Of a stretch of DNA of 32,000 nucleotides, positions 7,995-17,292 are shown in pieces. Origin of the DNA: Sedimentisphaera cyanobacteriorum (lineage in GTDB: Bacteria; Planctomycetota; Phycisphaerae; Sedimentisphaerales; Sedimentisphaeraceae); the NCBI RefSeq assembly GCF_001997385.1, contig NZ_CP019633.1, positions 1,170,001 through 1,202,000 on the forward strand, in the 5' to 3' direction. Within the stretch, counting starts at the first letter, position 1. Each line of letters begins with the position of its first letter. The notes below the pieces were generated by a model. It did no database searches and had not been told where the DNA came from. It worked only from the letters and a program-made list of their open reading frames with translations. The translations under genes were made by a program, and so were the position numbers.

Positions 7995-9154
7995 CCAATA
8001 CCGCTGCTTTTTTTCCCTTTGGCTTTCGGCGGCTGAAGCTGAACTCTCCCCGGAATCAAAAGCCTGCCCTTATGCTTTCCGTGCTTCAGCGTAATACCTG
8101 TGGACATAGCCCCTATATTAATCGGAACATTACCCGGAGCAGCACCATGCCCCATAAAATTGGGTTTTACGGTTATATCCTCTTTCTTCCATGTTTTTCC
8201 ACTATCTTCACTTCTGAATAAAAAGGAAGATTTTCCTGACGTATGAAGAATTAAAATATCACCTGTAACACCATCTTTAACCACATTTGATCCTTTAATC
8301 CCCTTTTCTGAGAGGTTTTCTTCCGAAGACCAAGTTTTGCCTTGATCGGTGCTTTTGCGAAGATAAGAGCAATAACCGGCGAAAGCGAGAACAGTTCCAT
8401 CTTCAGCAACAATTATATGAGGAGAACGAATTTTTCCTGTTGCTTTCCTTTTTCTAAAAAGGGTTTGCTTTTTGAAATAAGGCTTGCTGTTTAGCTCAAA
8501 ACTATTACTAACCGCCTTTTTCCCTGCTATCAAGTCTGTTTCATGGATTTTGAAACGGGTACTTACAACAGAATGCTTGTTATTATTATCTTTGTATTTA
8601 ATGTAGGTTGTCGCAACAATTGTTCCATCCGGCAAGATCTCTATTCCTGGATAGCCGCAATCAGTGCCAGCATTACTCTGCAGCAGTTTAATACGATATT
8701 CTCCTGGACTTGAATTACGCACGTTCTCATAAGTTCCTACCCAAGCAATGAAATGACCGTAAGAAGGGCTCCCTTTTGCTCTGTCTCGAAAAGCTATAAC
8801 CAGCCTCCCGTCTTGAGTATAAACTCCTTGATGCCTGTCTCCAGTTAATCCCAATGAGGTTTTCACCGAATTGCTCCATGTTTTTCCTTCATCTTTGCTG
8901 AACATCATCAGGCTTCTGCCTTGATGTGTGTTCTCCTGCATAATGCAGCAAAGCTCGTTCTGATCAGGCGACATAAAGACATAAGGTTCACAAGGGTCTT
9001 TACCCTTCACATCGGCAATAACTCGGGGGTCTGACCATGTCAATCCACCATCATCAGTTTTGCTCTGAAGTACAACTGACGAATCCGATTTTTTGCCGTG
9101 GCAGAAACCCAAATAGTTGCCATCAGACAATCTGACTATACTGCTGAAAGTCAT
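7922..9154 (-). CDS. Sialidase/BNR-like protein, segment 2 (rest of propeller 1 and most of propeller 2)
   Basis: Asp boxes are [32 protein letters not shown]. The second propeller starts with an [17 protein letters not shown] (RIP-like) motif. The ORF-track ATG at 9154 is probably internal. Confidence 0.75.
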   Translation of the reverse strand: MTFSSIVRLSDGNYLGFCHGKKSDSSVVLQSKTDDGGLTWSDPRVIADVKGKDPCEPYVFMSPDQNELCCIMQENTHQGRSLMMFSKDEGKTWSNSVKTSLGLTGDRHQGVYTQDGRLVIAFRDRAKGSPSYGHFIAWVGTYENVRNSSPGEYRIKLLQSNAGTDCGYPGIEILPDGTIVATTYIKYKDNNNKHSVVSTRFKIHETDLIAGKKAVSNSFELNSKPYFKKQTLFRKRKATGKIRSPHIIVAEDGTVLAFAGYCSYLRKSTDQGKTWSSEENLSEKGIKGSNVVKDGVTGDILILHTSGKSSFLFRSEDSGKTWKKEDITVKPNFMGHGAAPGNVPINIGAMSTGITLKHGKHKGRLLIPGRVQLQPPKAKGKKSSGIGCIIITLQCTAMIEGRLGRLVMVL

Positions 9155-9633
9155 AACGCAGTCAAAATTGAGAGGTTTTTTTCTGTCCAGGTTTTTCCTC
9201 CATCCTCACTCATAATACGCGGCATACTCGGGCTTGCAGAGAAAATCCACAGTCTGGTTTTACCAGACTGCATATCCCTCATCCGGTAGATACTGGGACA
9301 ATTTTCATGGCTGCTGAAGGACGCCGGCAATCTTTCATCTATTCGTTTCCATGTTATACCACCGTTATGACTAACAGCCATTAGGCCTGAGTTGCCGCCG
9401 TCGACTATGTTGCATACACAAAAAATTGTTTCACCATCCGGAAGCAGCAGAGTTGCAGGGCGTACCTGACAAACATCCCCTGTTCTCTCAGCAATCTCCA
9501 CGTGCCTTTCTGTATCATCTGAGATATCAATAAGAAGAGGCATTTTTTGAGAAGACTGAGCATAACTGCAAAAGCAAAGAAAAAAAGTGATCATAATAAT
9601 ATTCAAGTTGATAGTAAAGTTTTTGTACTTCAT
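9151..9633 (-). CDS. Sialidase/BNR-like protein, segment 1 (signal peptide and first blades)
   Basis: AAGGA RBS lies 9 nt upstream of the ATG at 9633. Signal peptide is [27 protein letters not shown]. An R-x-P element is present ([17 protein letters not shown]), plus Asp-box-like SHNGGITW and SEDGGKTW. The frame ends 24 nt after the A7 tract. Confidence 0.75.
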   Translation of the reverse strand: MKYKNFTINLNIIMITFFLCFCSYAQSSQKMPLLIDISDDTERHVEIAERTGDVCQVRPATLLLPDGETIFCVCNIVDGGNSGLMAVSHNGGITWKRIDERLPASFSSHENCPSIYRMRDMQSGKTRLWIFSASPSMPRIMSEDGGKTWTEKNLSILTAL

Positions 9634-9669
9634 AATAACAATCCTTTAAAGTTTTAATATTCTGGGAAT

Positions 9670-12348
9670 CTAATTTTTAGACCAAGTATTTTTGCCATTT
9701 AATGTATGCACTGTAAGGCCTTCGGTCTTTTCCGGAGTTTTCGGCATAAAAAGGCTCGCAGCGTATCCGATTACCACGCACAGGACTATTCCTATGGTTC
9801 CGTAGAGCAGCAGATGCACATCGGTATATTTCTGCACACAATACAGGCCTGCCGCTCCGAGAATTGCCCCTATCACAGCGCCGCCGCCGTTTGCGCGTGT
9901 TGTAAATATGCCTAAACAGAAAAGCCCGCACATCACGCCTCCCATCAGGCCGAGGATTGTCATAAACATATCCCACAGTGATTTGATGTCGGAGGTGGCA
10001 AACAGCAGAGCCAATACAACGCCCAGCAAACCGAACGTGAAAGTCATAATCCGGCCTAAACGAAGAAATGCTTTTTCGCCTTTCAACAAACTGAAAGGCC
10101 TTATGAAATCTGTTACAAAGGCAGTAGCTGTGCTGTTCATACTTGTGGAAACAGTGGATTGGGCAGCGGCAAACACGCCTGCCACTACTAAACCTGCAAT
10201 CCCTACGGGAAGTTCACGAGCGATAAAAAGAGGGAATATTGCATCGTTCTTGAATGTCGGGTCAATCTGGGCGGGATTGTCCTTGTAAAAAACAAACAGA
10301 GCTGTCCCAACGCCAAAGAAAAGTATTGAGGCGGGTATAATAGTTATAGAATTAGTCCAGATGGACTTTTTTGCAAATTTCATAGAGGATACAGACATAT
10401 ATCTCTGAACAACAGCCATATCTGAAGAATAAGGTACTAACTGCTGCCCGAGCCCGCCAAGAACCACGACCCACAGAGCCGTAGTTGCAAAGCTCACAGA
10501 AGAAAAGTCCCAGTTTACCAGATGGAACTTGTTGTCAGCAGAGGCCGTTTCAAGGAAACCTCCAAAACCTCCTTCAATGCCGTTAATAATCAATGCAAAG
10601 CTGAAAAAAGCACCACCAAGCAGAATGAATGTTTGAATTGCATCAGTCCATACAACCGCTTCAAGACCGCCCATAGTGCAGTAAATAAGGCTCAAGACGC
10701 CAATGGCCATAATACACTGTATCTGCGAGAGAGGCGTAATAGCTGCAAGAGCAAGAGCCGGCAAATACATAACTACTGCCATCCTTCCAATCTGGAAGAA
10801 GATAAACGATGCGCTTGCAAAAAGGCGGACAAAACGGTTGAAACGTTTCTCCAGATATTCATAAGCGCTGGTTGCATCAATCTTGCGAAAAAATGGAAGG
10901 AAAAATATTATAACAAACGGAGCCAAAACTACGGCGCACATATTAACCCAGAAATATACCCAATCTGTCATAAACGCCTTTGCCGGTATTGCTATGAATG
11001 TTATCGAGCTTAGCATTGTTGCAAAAATACTAAGACCTGCCACAAACCACGGCACGCGCTGGCCGCCTCGAAAATAGTCGTTGGAGTTTTTGTTTCGAAA
11101 TGAGAAAAACACTCCCACTCCGAGCAAAATACCGAGGTAAACCACAATCGTGGACAGATCGATCCATCCAATTGCTTTTTTGATCTGCAGCGGCTTTCCC
11201 GACCATATTTCAGCAGATCGAACTCTTGGCCGAACCTCACCTGAGGGGATAATAATCGGGTCGTTTACCATATCATCGCCCCACCGAACAGCGTTGGTTG
11301 TAACCTGATTAGAGGGAAGATTATCCGATTCTACCCACGTATCTGTGATAGTATGATAAACATAAATCTTTTTAGGAAAGCCTGGATGGTCGTCTTTAAG
11401 TTCATTCTCAAGTCCCCAAAAACTTCCGTCTGCACCTCCAAAGACAAATATATGGCTCTGGCCTACACCAATAGCTGTACCTGCCATGACACTGCTTGGA
11501 AGTGATTTCCTTTTCCGCCATGGATCTAAAGGACCGTTATAGGTTTTCGTATCAGGGTTGTACTGTTCAGGGTCAAACACAAGTGGGTTAAACTCATACA
11601 CGTCTTTAAGGAATTTCACTTCACCTTCTTTGCTGGCGGCTCTGCCGCTCATAATGTAAATGCAGTCTGTCCTGCCATTGTGCTGAACAGCAGTTATATT
11701 GAATGCTCTCGGACTTCCCGGCCAAGGCGGGAGCTTTTGCCAACTAAGGTTATCAGGCTCATCAATCTGCGATAAATCCAGACACCAGAAATTCTTCATT
11801 GCAGTTTCAAGGCCTCTGCCTGTTGTTCCGCCGGCAACATAAATCCTGCTGCCTATTTTTGCTGCATCGCCATAAACGCAGCGGGAAGGCAGAGAAGGCA
11901 AATCCTTCTTTTCAATTGTTTTGCTTTGCGGATTCCAGCTCAGCATAAAGACATCAGAGTAAGCTCTTTTCGAATCGTTCCCGCCCATACATACTACGCC
12001 GTGTTCGGTGGAAACAGATGCTCCATAGGCAAGCGGACGAGGAAGCGAGAAACCTGTATGCCACTGGAAACCGGAGTCAGACTCTGGGGCTTTAGTTAAA
12101 ACATAAATGTCATTATGCCATTGCTTATCAGATTCCCATACAGGTTTTGGGAAGTTAGCCCCGCCTGCGAGGATAAGGGCATCGTTATGAACTCCTGAAA
12201 ACATCCCTGCCCTGCCGAGCGAATCGGGCAACTCAGGCAGCTCAGTCCAGTCCATATATCTTGGTGAAACCGCTTCATCATTTGCCGCATAACAGGCAAT
12301 AGATAAGAACAAAACAAAAACATATATCAATTTTTCAAAAATTTTCAT
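9670..12348 (-). CDS. Fusion protein: N-terminal NanM/YjhT-like Kelch sialic-acid mutarotase domain + C-terminal sodium:solute symporter (SSS family, SiaT-like)
   Basis: Signal peptide is [21 protein letters not shown]. Residues ~30-385 are Kelch-type and paralogous to ORF 17293-18444 ([33 protein letters not shown] vs [33 protein letters not shown]). Residues ~395-892 are polytopic and SSS-like (many TM helices, [35 protein letters not shown]). Confidence 0.9.
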   Translation of the reverse strand: [892 protein letters not shown]

Positions 12349-12393
12349 AAAGCCACTCTCTTAAATATCATTTCATATTCCAAATAATGAAAA

Positions 12394-13515
12394 TCACCTG
12401 CCGGCATACTGCTTCATTATTTCTTGTGCTTCAGCAAAAGACTCAGCCCTGTAAACCAGCGAAACTCCCGTAGGGAAGCGTTTTTGCACTTCACCACTTA
12501 TAAGCTGTTCTTTGGAAACAGAAACTCTTATAAGTGAAATATTTCGTTCTTTTGCAATACTGTAAATAGTATCTAAATCATTCATCTCGGGCTGGCCGAA
12601 ATCAACAGAAAGGCAGTGCGGTATTTCCATAAACTTTTCTGCTACATGACCAATCTTTCCGCAGGAATGTATAGAGCCTTTCCCGATAGCGTTTAAAACC
12701 ATATCATCATAGCAGGCTATCTTCTCAGAATACATCTCCGGGGAAATCATAACTGAAGAATCATTTCTAAGGAGTATATTCCCGCGTATCATCGCAGCGT
12801 GCTGGTGAGCAAAACCATTTACCTTTTCGGTAAGATAAGGGGAAAAATGCTTTGCGGCATTGGCCTGAGCCTGAGCGGCAAGCTTCATTGCTTTAGCAGT
12901 TAATTCCGGCTCGGTAAGCAGCTCTACAAAAAACTCGCTCCCTCGCACCATAGCTGCGTTGTCAAGAGGTCCCTGAAGGTCAGGTAAGACAATCTGAATC
13001 ATATTCTTAAGCTTTGGATATTCTGAAAGTATCTGTTTGTAAACCTTCAGCGTTTTTTCTGCTTTTGCCATCCAAGGACTTGAAAAATCTGATGGGTCGA
13101 AATTATCGAGGCATTTTTCAAACTCATCCTTTGATTCAAGATGTCTTGCCCATGGGGGATTATCTTCAGCATTTTCCACTTCGCATCCAAACATAGAAGC
13201 CACTAAAACAGTCCCGAAATTCGCTCTTACAGTTAAAGGCAAATCATCATTGATTTCATCACGCATTGCGATGCTTGTATCGAATGCATGTACGAGCTCG
13301 TTATAGAGCATCTTTTCGGGGCTATCAAAAATCTCCCTGTGCGGGAAAGGCTTATAATTTGCACTTTCATCTAACGGATAACACATCACCAGCGGAAGCC
13401 TGTCGGTATCCTGCCATTGCAGAGCCATTTTATGACGCTGTTCAATCTCTTCTTGCCGTTCGGGCTCAAGTATGCTGTTTAGGTGTTTGAGAAGTTTTTT
13501 CAATGGATCAATCAT
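12394..13515 (-). CDS. URO-D/MtaA-like (uroporphyrinogen decarboxylase family) TIM-barrel protein, function unknown
   Basis: This is a 373 aa cytoplasmic-looking protein. Its N-terminal ..DRLPLVM.. and C-terminal ..GSIHSCGKIGHVAEKFMEIPHCLSVDFG.. resemble the family pattern (..DRvP.. / ..lHsCG.....l..l.e.g.d.l..d). The family call is from motif memory only. Confidence 0.55.
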   Translation of the reverse strand: MIDPLKKLLKHLNSILEPERQEEIEQRHKMALQWQDTDRLPLVMCYPLDESANYKPFPHREIFDSPEKMLYNELVHAFDTSIAMRDEINDDLPLTVRANFGTVLVASMFGCEVENAEDNPPWARHLESKDEFEKCLDNFDPSDFSSPWMAKAEKTLKVYKQILSEYPKLKNMIQIVLPDLQGPLDNAAMVRGSEFFVELLTEPELTAKAMKLAAQAQANAAKHFSPYLTEKVNGFAHQHAAMIRGNILLRNDSSVMISPEMYSEKIACYDDMVLNAIGKGSIHSCGKIGHVAEKFMEIPHCLSVDFGQPEMNDLDTIYSIAKERNISLIRVSVSKEQLISGEVQKRFPTGVSLVYRAESFAEAQEIMKQYAGR

Positions 13516-13555
13516 TTATCAATCATCTGTTTTATGTATTCATAAAAATTAGCAG

Positions 13556-14482
13556 TTATTTAAAGAATTCAGGTACGAGCCTTCGAGCCTCTGCGCGAAC
13601 TCGCGGGGCTTCTGTTTCAGGAATCGACCTGTAAGGCCACCTCATCCTGCTTCCCACATCAGCCCATCCGCCTACAACAGCCATAAATCTGTCGCAGGCA
13701 CCATTGCAAAATCCTTTTTCAGTTATGAAAGGTACGATATAATTATCCATAAACTGCCTCAAACGCCCTTCAAGCTCAAGGGAAGAATCCATATCATATT
13801 GCATTTGATCTGTCCATCTCTGAGCAGCAGCAGGGTTTAGGCACGCGGCATTTGAATAGGACCCGCTTGCTCCTTCCTGGATGCCGCTTGCAAGCAGATG
13901 ACCAGGCACAAAAACGCTTAAATTCGGTATATGCTTTCGCATAGAGTCGTACCAAGATTTATCCCCGCCTGCTGTTTTGAGGCCTACTAATCTTGGTACC
14001 TCGCCTGAAAGATATCCAACTTCTTCTGGAGATAGAACTCTCTTTGCATGCGGAGGATTGTACAATACCAAACCGATTCCTTCTGAAGCCTCTGCCATAC
14101 GTTTTAAGAAAACAGCAGCCTCTTCATCAGTAACGGGAAACCAGTCCGGCAGAATAACCTGTACAGCTGAAGGGGCTAAATGAACAACCCGCTTGAGCCG
14201 CTCCAGAGATATCTGGGCGGACATATGGCTCACACCTATCTGAAACGGCATACCAGTTTTATTGCATTTTTCCGCCAAACACTCTGATATCATATCGAAT
14301 TCTGCTTCGCTCTGGCAGTGAAATTCTCCAGTAGTACCGTTTGAATAGATCCCGTCAACCTCCATATCAATCAAGGTATCAATCTCTTCTTTTACTCTGC
14401 ATATATCAAGTGAATCATCATTCCATACTGAAAGCAATGTCGCCCAGTTGCCCTTTATCTGATCTGCTTTAAGAGCTATCAT
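13556..14482 (-). CDS. DHDPS/N-acetylneuraminate-lyase family class I aldolase (paralog 1)
   Basis: Motifs are NGTTGEF, LYNPPHA and the Schiff-base lysine context VGLKTAGGD. Length is 308 aa. Confidence 0.85.
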   Translation of the reverse strand: MIALKADQIKGNWATLLSVWNDDSLDICRVKEEIDTLIDMEVDGIYSNGTTGEFHCQSEAEFDMISECLAEKCNKTGMPFQIGVSHMSAQISLERLKRVVHLAPSAVQVILPDWFPVTDEEAAVFLKRMAEASEGIGLVLYNPPHAKRVLSPEEVGYLSGEVPRLVGLKTAGGDKSWYDSMRKHIPNLSVFVPGHLLASGIQEGASGSYSNAACLNPAAAQRWTDQMQYDMDSSLELEGRLRQFMDNYIVPFITEKGFCNGACDRFMAVVGGWADVGSRMRWPYRSIPETEAPRVRAEARRLVPEFFK

Positions 14483-14493
14483 TCCTTGGCCTT

Positions 14494-15411
14494 TTAATAA
14501 ACTTTTGAAAAGTTTTTCAAGCGGTCTATAGGCTTTTTCTGATCTTCGGTTAATTCCTGAATCGGGCGAACAGGCCTGCCTATACCCATGCCAAGGGTTG
14601 ATAAGCCGTACATAATTCCAGCAATCCAGTTTTTATCTTCTCCCAAGAGCAAAACTTCACGAACTGAAGAGATATGCTCCTGAAGTTCTGAGAGCTGCTG
14701 AAAATCTTCCTGCGTTGCAGCATTTACCGCAGCTACAAAAGCCTCAGGCTCATAATTTGCGCAGACAGGCACTATCCCCGCTGCACCAATCCTAAGCCCC
14801 CATTCAATATCCGGCTCATTGCCCTGCATCACACCAATTGAAAGCCGCTGACATACACCAAGCACTTTCAGGAAGTAGTCCCTGTCTCCGCTGCTTTCTT
14901 TGATCAGATCAGTCCAGCCCTTCTCGGCCATATACTCGATCACTGAAACAGGTATAGTGCTCTGGACGCAGCCCGGGATATTGTAAGTTATCATCTGCAT
15001 ATCTGTCGCTTCACGGCAGGCGGAAAAATGCGACAGCATCTCCTTCTCTGTTTTAAGAGAGATGTAGTATGTAGGCGTTACTACCATACTGGGAAAATCG
15101 AGCCTTTTGAGTATATCAATCTTTTCAAGGGCTCTTCGTGTAGAAGTAGCTATCACTCCCCCCGCAAGTCCTGCACGGCCTTCAGTTTCGTCCTTGGCGA
15201 TCTCCATAGCCCGCTGCCACTGGTCATCTGCAAGAAGAGGCCCCATACCGGCAGAGCCGCCGGCAAAGATTCCATGCGCGCCTGCATCAATGCAATGCCT
15301 TATCACAGCCCTAAAGGCTTTTTCATCCACATTTTCATTTTCATCTACAGGGGTAATAATCGGAACGAGCACCCCTCCGTTAATCTCTTTTTTTTCTGTT
15401 ACATTTTCCAT
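14494..15411 (-). CDS. DHDPS/N-acetylneuraminate-lyase family class I aldolase (paralog 2, divergent GxxGE motif)
   Basis: Motifs are GVLVPIITPVDEN, GGSAGMG in place of G[ST]TGE, TYNIPG and the lysine context LIKESSGD. Length is 305 aa. It lies 11 bp upstream of paralog 1. Confidence 0.85.
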   Translation of the reverse strand: MENVTEKKEINGGVLVPIITPVDENENVDEKAFRAVIRHCIDAGAHGIFAGGSAGMGPLLADDQWQRAMEIAKDETEGRAGLAGGVIATSTRRALEKIDILKRLDFPSMVVTPTYYISLKTEKEMLSHFSACREATDMQMITYNIPGCVQSTIPVSVIEYMAEKGWTDLIKESSGDRDYFLKVLGVCQRLSIGVMQGNEPDIEWGLRIGAAGIVPVCANYEPEAFVAAVNAATQEDFQQLSELQEHISSVREVLLLGEDKNWIAGIMYGLSTLGMGIGRPVRPIQELTEDQKKPIDRLKNFSKVY

Positions 15412-15477
15412 AATAATTCCAGTCTAAGATGCTGCCATAAATTTGGGATACTACAAAATATAAAATTTGGAGACGGC

Positions 15478-17196
15478 CTAACCTTTACTTATAATTTCCC
15501 AATCAACGACCCCTACTTTATTTGCCCATTCTTTATACTTCTTAGCCATTTGTTTAACTTTTTCTGGATATTTTTTGCTCAAGTCATTAAGTTCTCCTCT
15601 ATCCTCAGAGATATCATATAGTTCCCATTTACCATCCTGTCCAGGGTAAAAACATTGCCACTCACCCGGGTATTCTGAAACCAGTTTCCACTTATTAATT
15701 CGCACTGCCCTGTTTCCTTCATGTTCCCAAAACAAAGGTTTTCTTTGCCGCTTTTCTCCCTCAAATACCTTAAACAGACTTTCCCCTTCATAAGGTTTTA
15801 TGGTTTTTCCTTTGAAAATGCTGGGGTATTTTGTTCCTGACACCTCGCACAGAGTAGGCATAATATCTGTAATATGCCCTACCTGATTACAGATTGAACC
15901 TGCATCATTTATGTAATTGGGCCAATGAGCAATAAAAGGTGTAGAAATCCCTCCTTCATGAACCCATATCTTATGCCTTCTGAAAGGTGTATTTGAAACA
16001 CTTGCCCAATTAAGACCGTAGCTTCCAAAGGTATCAGGCCCTCCAAGAGGCCTGCCAGGAATATCACCTTTTACCACAGGCTCGCCATTTGGAGTTTTTT
16101 CAGGAGCGAAAGAACTATTCCATGGGCTGTTAAGTCTTTCAATAGTATCATTGAGATGTCCTTCAGCTGAACCACCATTATCAGATAGGAAAAGAATAAG
16201 GGTATTATTTATTTTTCGATTATTCTTTATTGCTTGAAGAACTTTCCCCACTGACCTATCTAATTCCTCTACCATTGCTGCATAAGTCTGCATCCTTTGG
16301 GCCTGCCAATCTTTATTTTGCTCCATTACCCAAGATTTGCTAGCTTCATCTTGTATTTTTACATCAATATCCTCTGAGACAAGCCCTATTTCTTTAACAT
16401 TTTTTATTCTTTGCTTACGCGTTTCATACCATCCCTTATCGTAAACACCTTTGTATTTATCTATAGTTTCTTTTCTTGCATGAAGCGGGTAATGGGGTGC
16501 AGGGCTTGCTAAATACAAAAACATTGGTGAACTTTTATCAGCAGTTTTTATATAATCAACAGCTTTATCTGCAATAGCATCTGTATAGAAAAAATCATCC
16601 CAAGGCTCAATAAAATCATTTCCTTCAACTAAACCTGCCGGGTCCCACAAACTTCCATAAGCGGGAATAGTCCCGAAAAATTTATCGAAGCCTCTCTGTA
16701 AAGGCCAATTATCAATATTTTTTTTTGTAAGGGCATCTCTAGCAACGTGCCACTTGCCAACCATTGCAGTCTGATACCCCCCAATCTTCAGCATCTCCGC
16801 CAGTGTTACGGAATTTTTGCTCAAAGTTCCCCTATATCCCTCATAACCTTGGTCTTCAACCATAAGCCCTATACCTGCCTGATGAGGATAGAGACCAGTA
16901 AGAAGAGAGGCTCGTGTCGGACAACATCTTGCTGAATTGTAAAATTGCGAAAAACGTAAACCGTTTTCAGCTAATTTGTCAATATTTGGAGTATGAATTT
17001 CACCACCATAACACCCCAAATCAGAGTACCCTAAATCGTCAGCCATAATAAGAACCACATCAGGTTTTTGCATGGACTGGCTAAAAACAGTTTTATTTTC
17101 CAAAGATTTACAACCATTAAGACAAAATCCAATATTTGATATACCTATTCCTATTGCTGCCTTTTTGATAAAATTTCGTCTATTCATATTTTCCAC
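15478..17196 (-). CDS. Cys-type arylsulfatase, TAT-like signal
   Basis: CCPTRASLLTG (C-x-P-x-R) is present. The N-terminus is MENMNRRNFIKKAAIGIGIS. Family blocks are LIMADDLGYSDLGCYGG and FLSDNGG. Confidence 0.9.
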   Translation of the reverse strand: MENMNRRNFIKKAAIGIGISNIGFCLNGCKSLENKTVFSQSMQKPDVVLIMADDLGYSDLGCYGGEIHTPNIDKLAENGLRFSQFYNSARCCPTRASLLTGLYPHQAGIGLMVEDQGYEGYRGTLSKNSVTLAEMLKIGGYQTAMVGKWHVARDALTKKNIDNWPLQRGFDKFFGTIPAYGSLWDPAGLVEGNDFIEPWDDFFYTDAIADKAVDYIKTADKSSPMFLYLASPAPHYPLHARKETIDKYKGVYDKGWYETRKQRIKNVKEIGLVSEDIDVKIQDEASKSWVMEQNKDWQAQRMQTYAAMVEELDRSVGKVLQAIKNNRKINNTLILFLSDNGGSAEGHLNDTIERLNSPWNSSFAPEKTPNGEPVVKGDIPGRPLGGPDTFGSYGLNWASVSNTPFRRHKIWVHEGGISTPFIAHWPNYINDAGSICNQVGHITDIMPTLCEVSGTKYPSIFKGKTIKPYEGESLFKVFEGEKRQRKPLFWEHEGNRAVRINKWKLVSEYPGEWQCFYPGQDGKWELYDISEDRGELNDLSKKYPEKVKQMAKKYKEWANKVGVVDWEIISKG

Positions 17197-17292
17197 CTTA
17201 AAAATTCTAAATAAAATTATTTTTTGTATTTCAAATTAATTCAGCTATTTTGCGTCTTTTATATTTACAGGCCTTGCTAATAATTATTTCAA

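Larger units (their letters stand above)
7413..9633 (-). pseudogene. Alternative single-gene reading of the next three segments: ~741-codon tandem sialidase/BNR beta-propeller gene interrupted by two -1 frame breaks at A7 tracts
   Basis: Three consecutive overlapping ORFs carry one signal peptide (9633 end), Asp-box motifs throughout, and no independent RBS or start logic for segments 2 and 3. Both breaks coincide with A7 runs (9176-9182, 8008-8014). Confidence 0.55.

Noticed and set aside
5566-9798. The 103 bp repeat pair as a diversity-generating retroelement TR/VR pair
   Set aside because: No reverse transcriptase gene is in the window. The 6 substitutions are not adenine-specific (g>c, a>g, a>c, t>c, t>a, a>g on the plus strand). 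One copy is an out-of-context gene fragment with a stop.
15028-15621. Plus-strand ORFs 15028-15621 and 15107-15427 antisense to the aldolase gene
   Set aside because: They are shadow frames of a well-supported minus-strand DHDPS-family gene. Their translations lack motifs and they span the intergenic gap.
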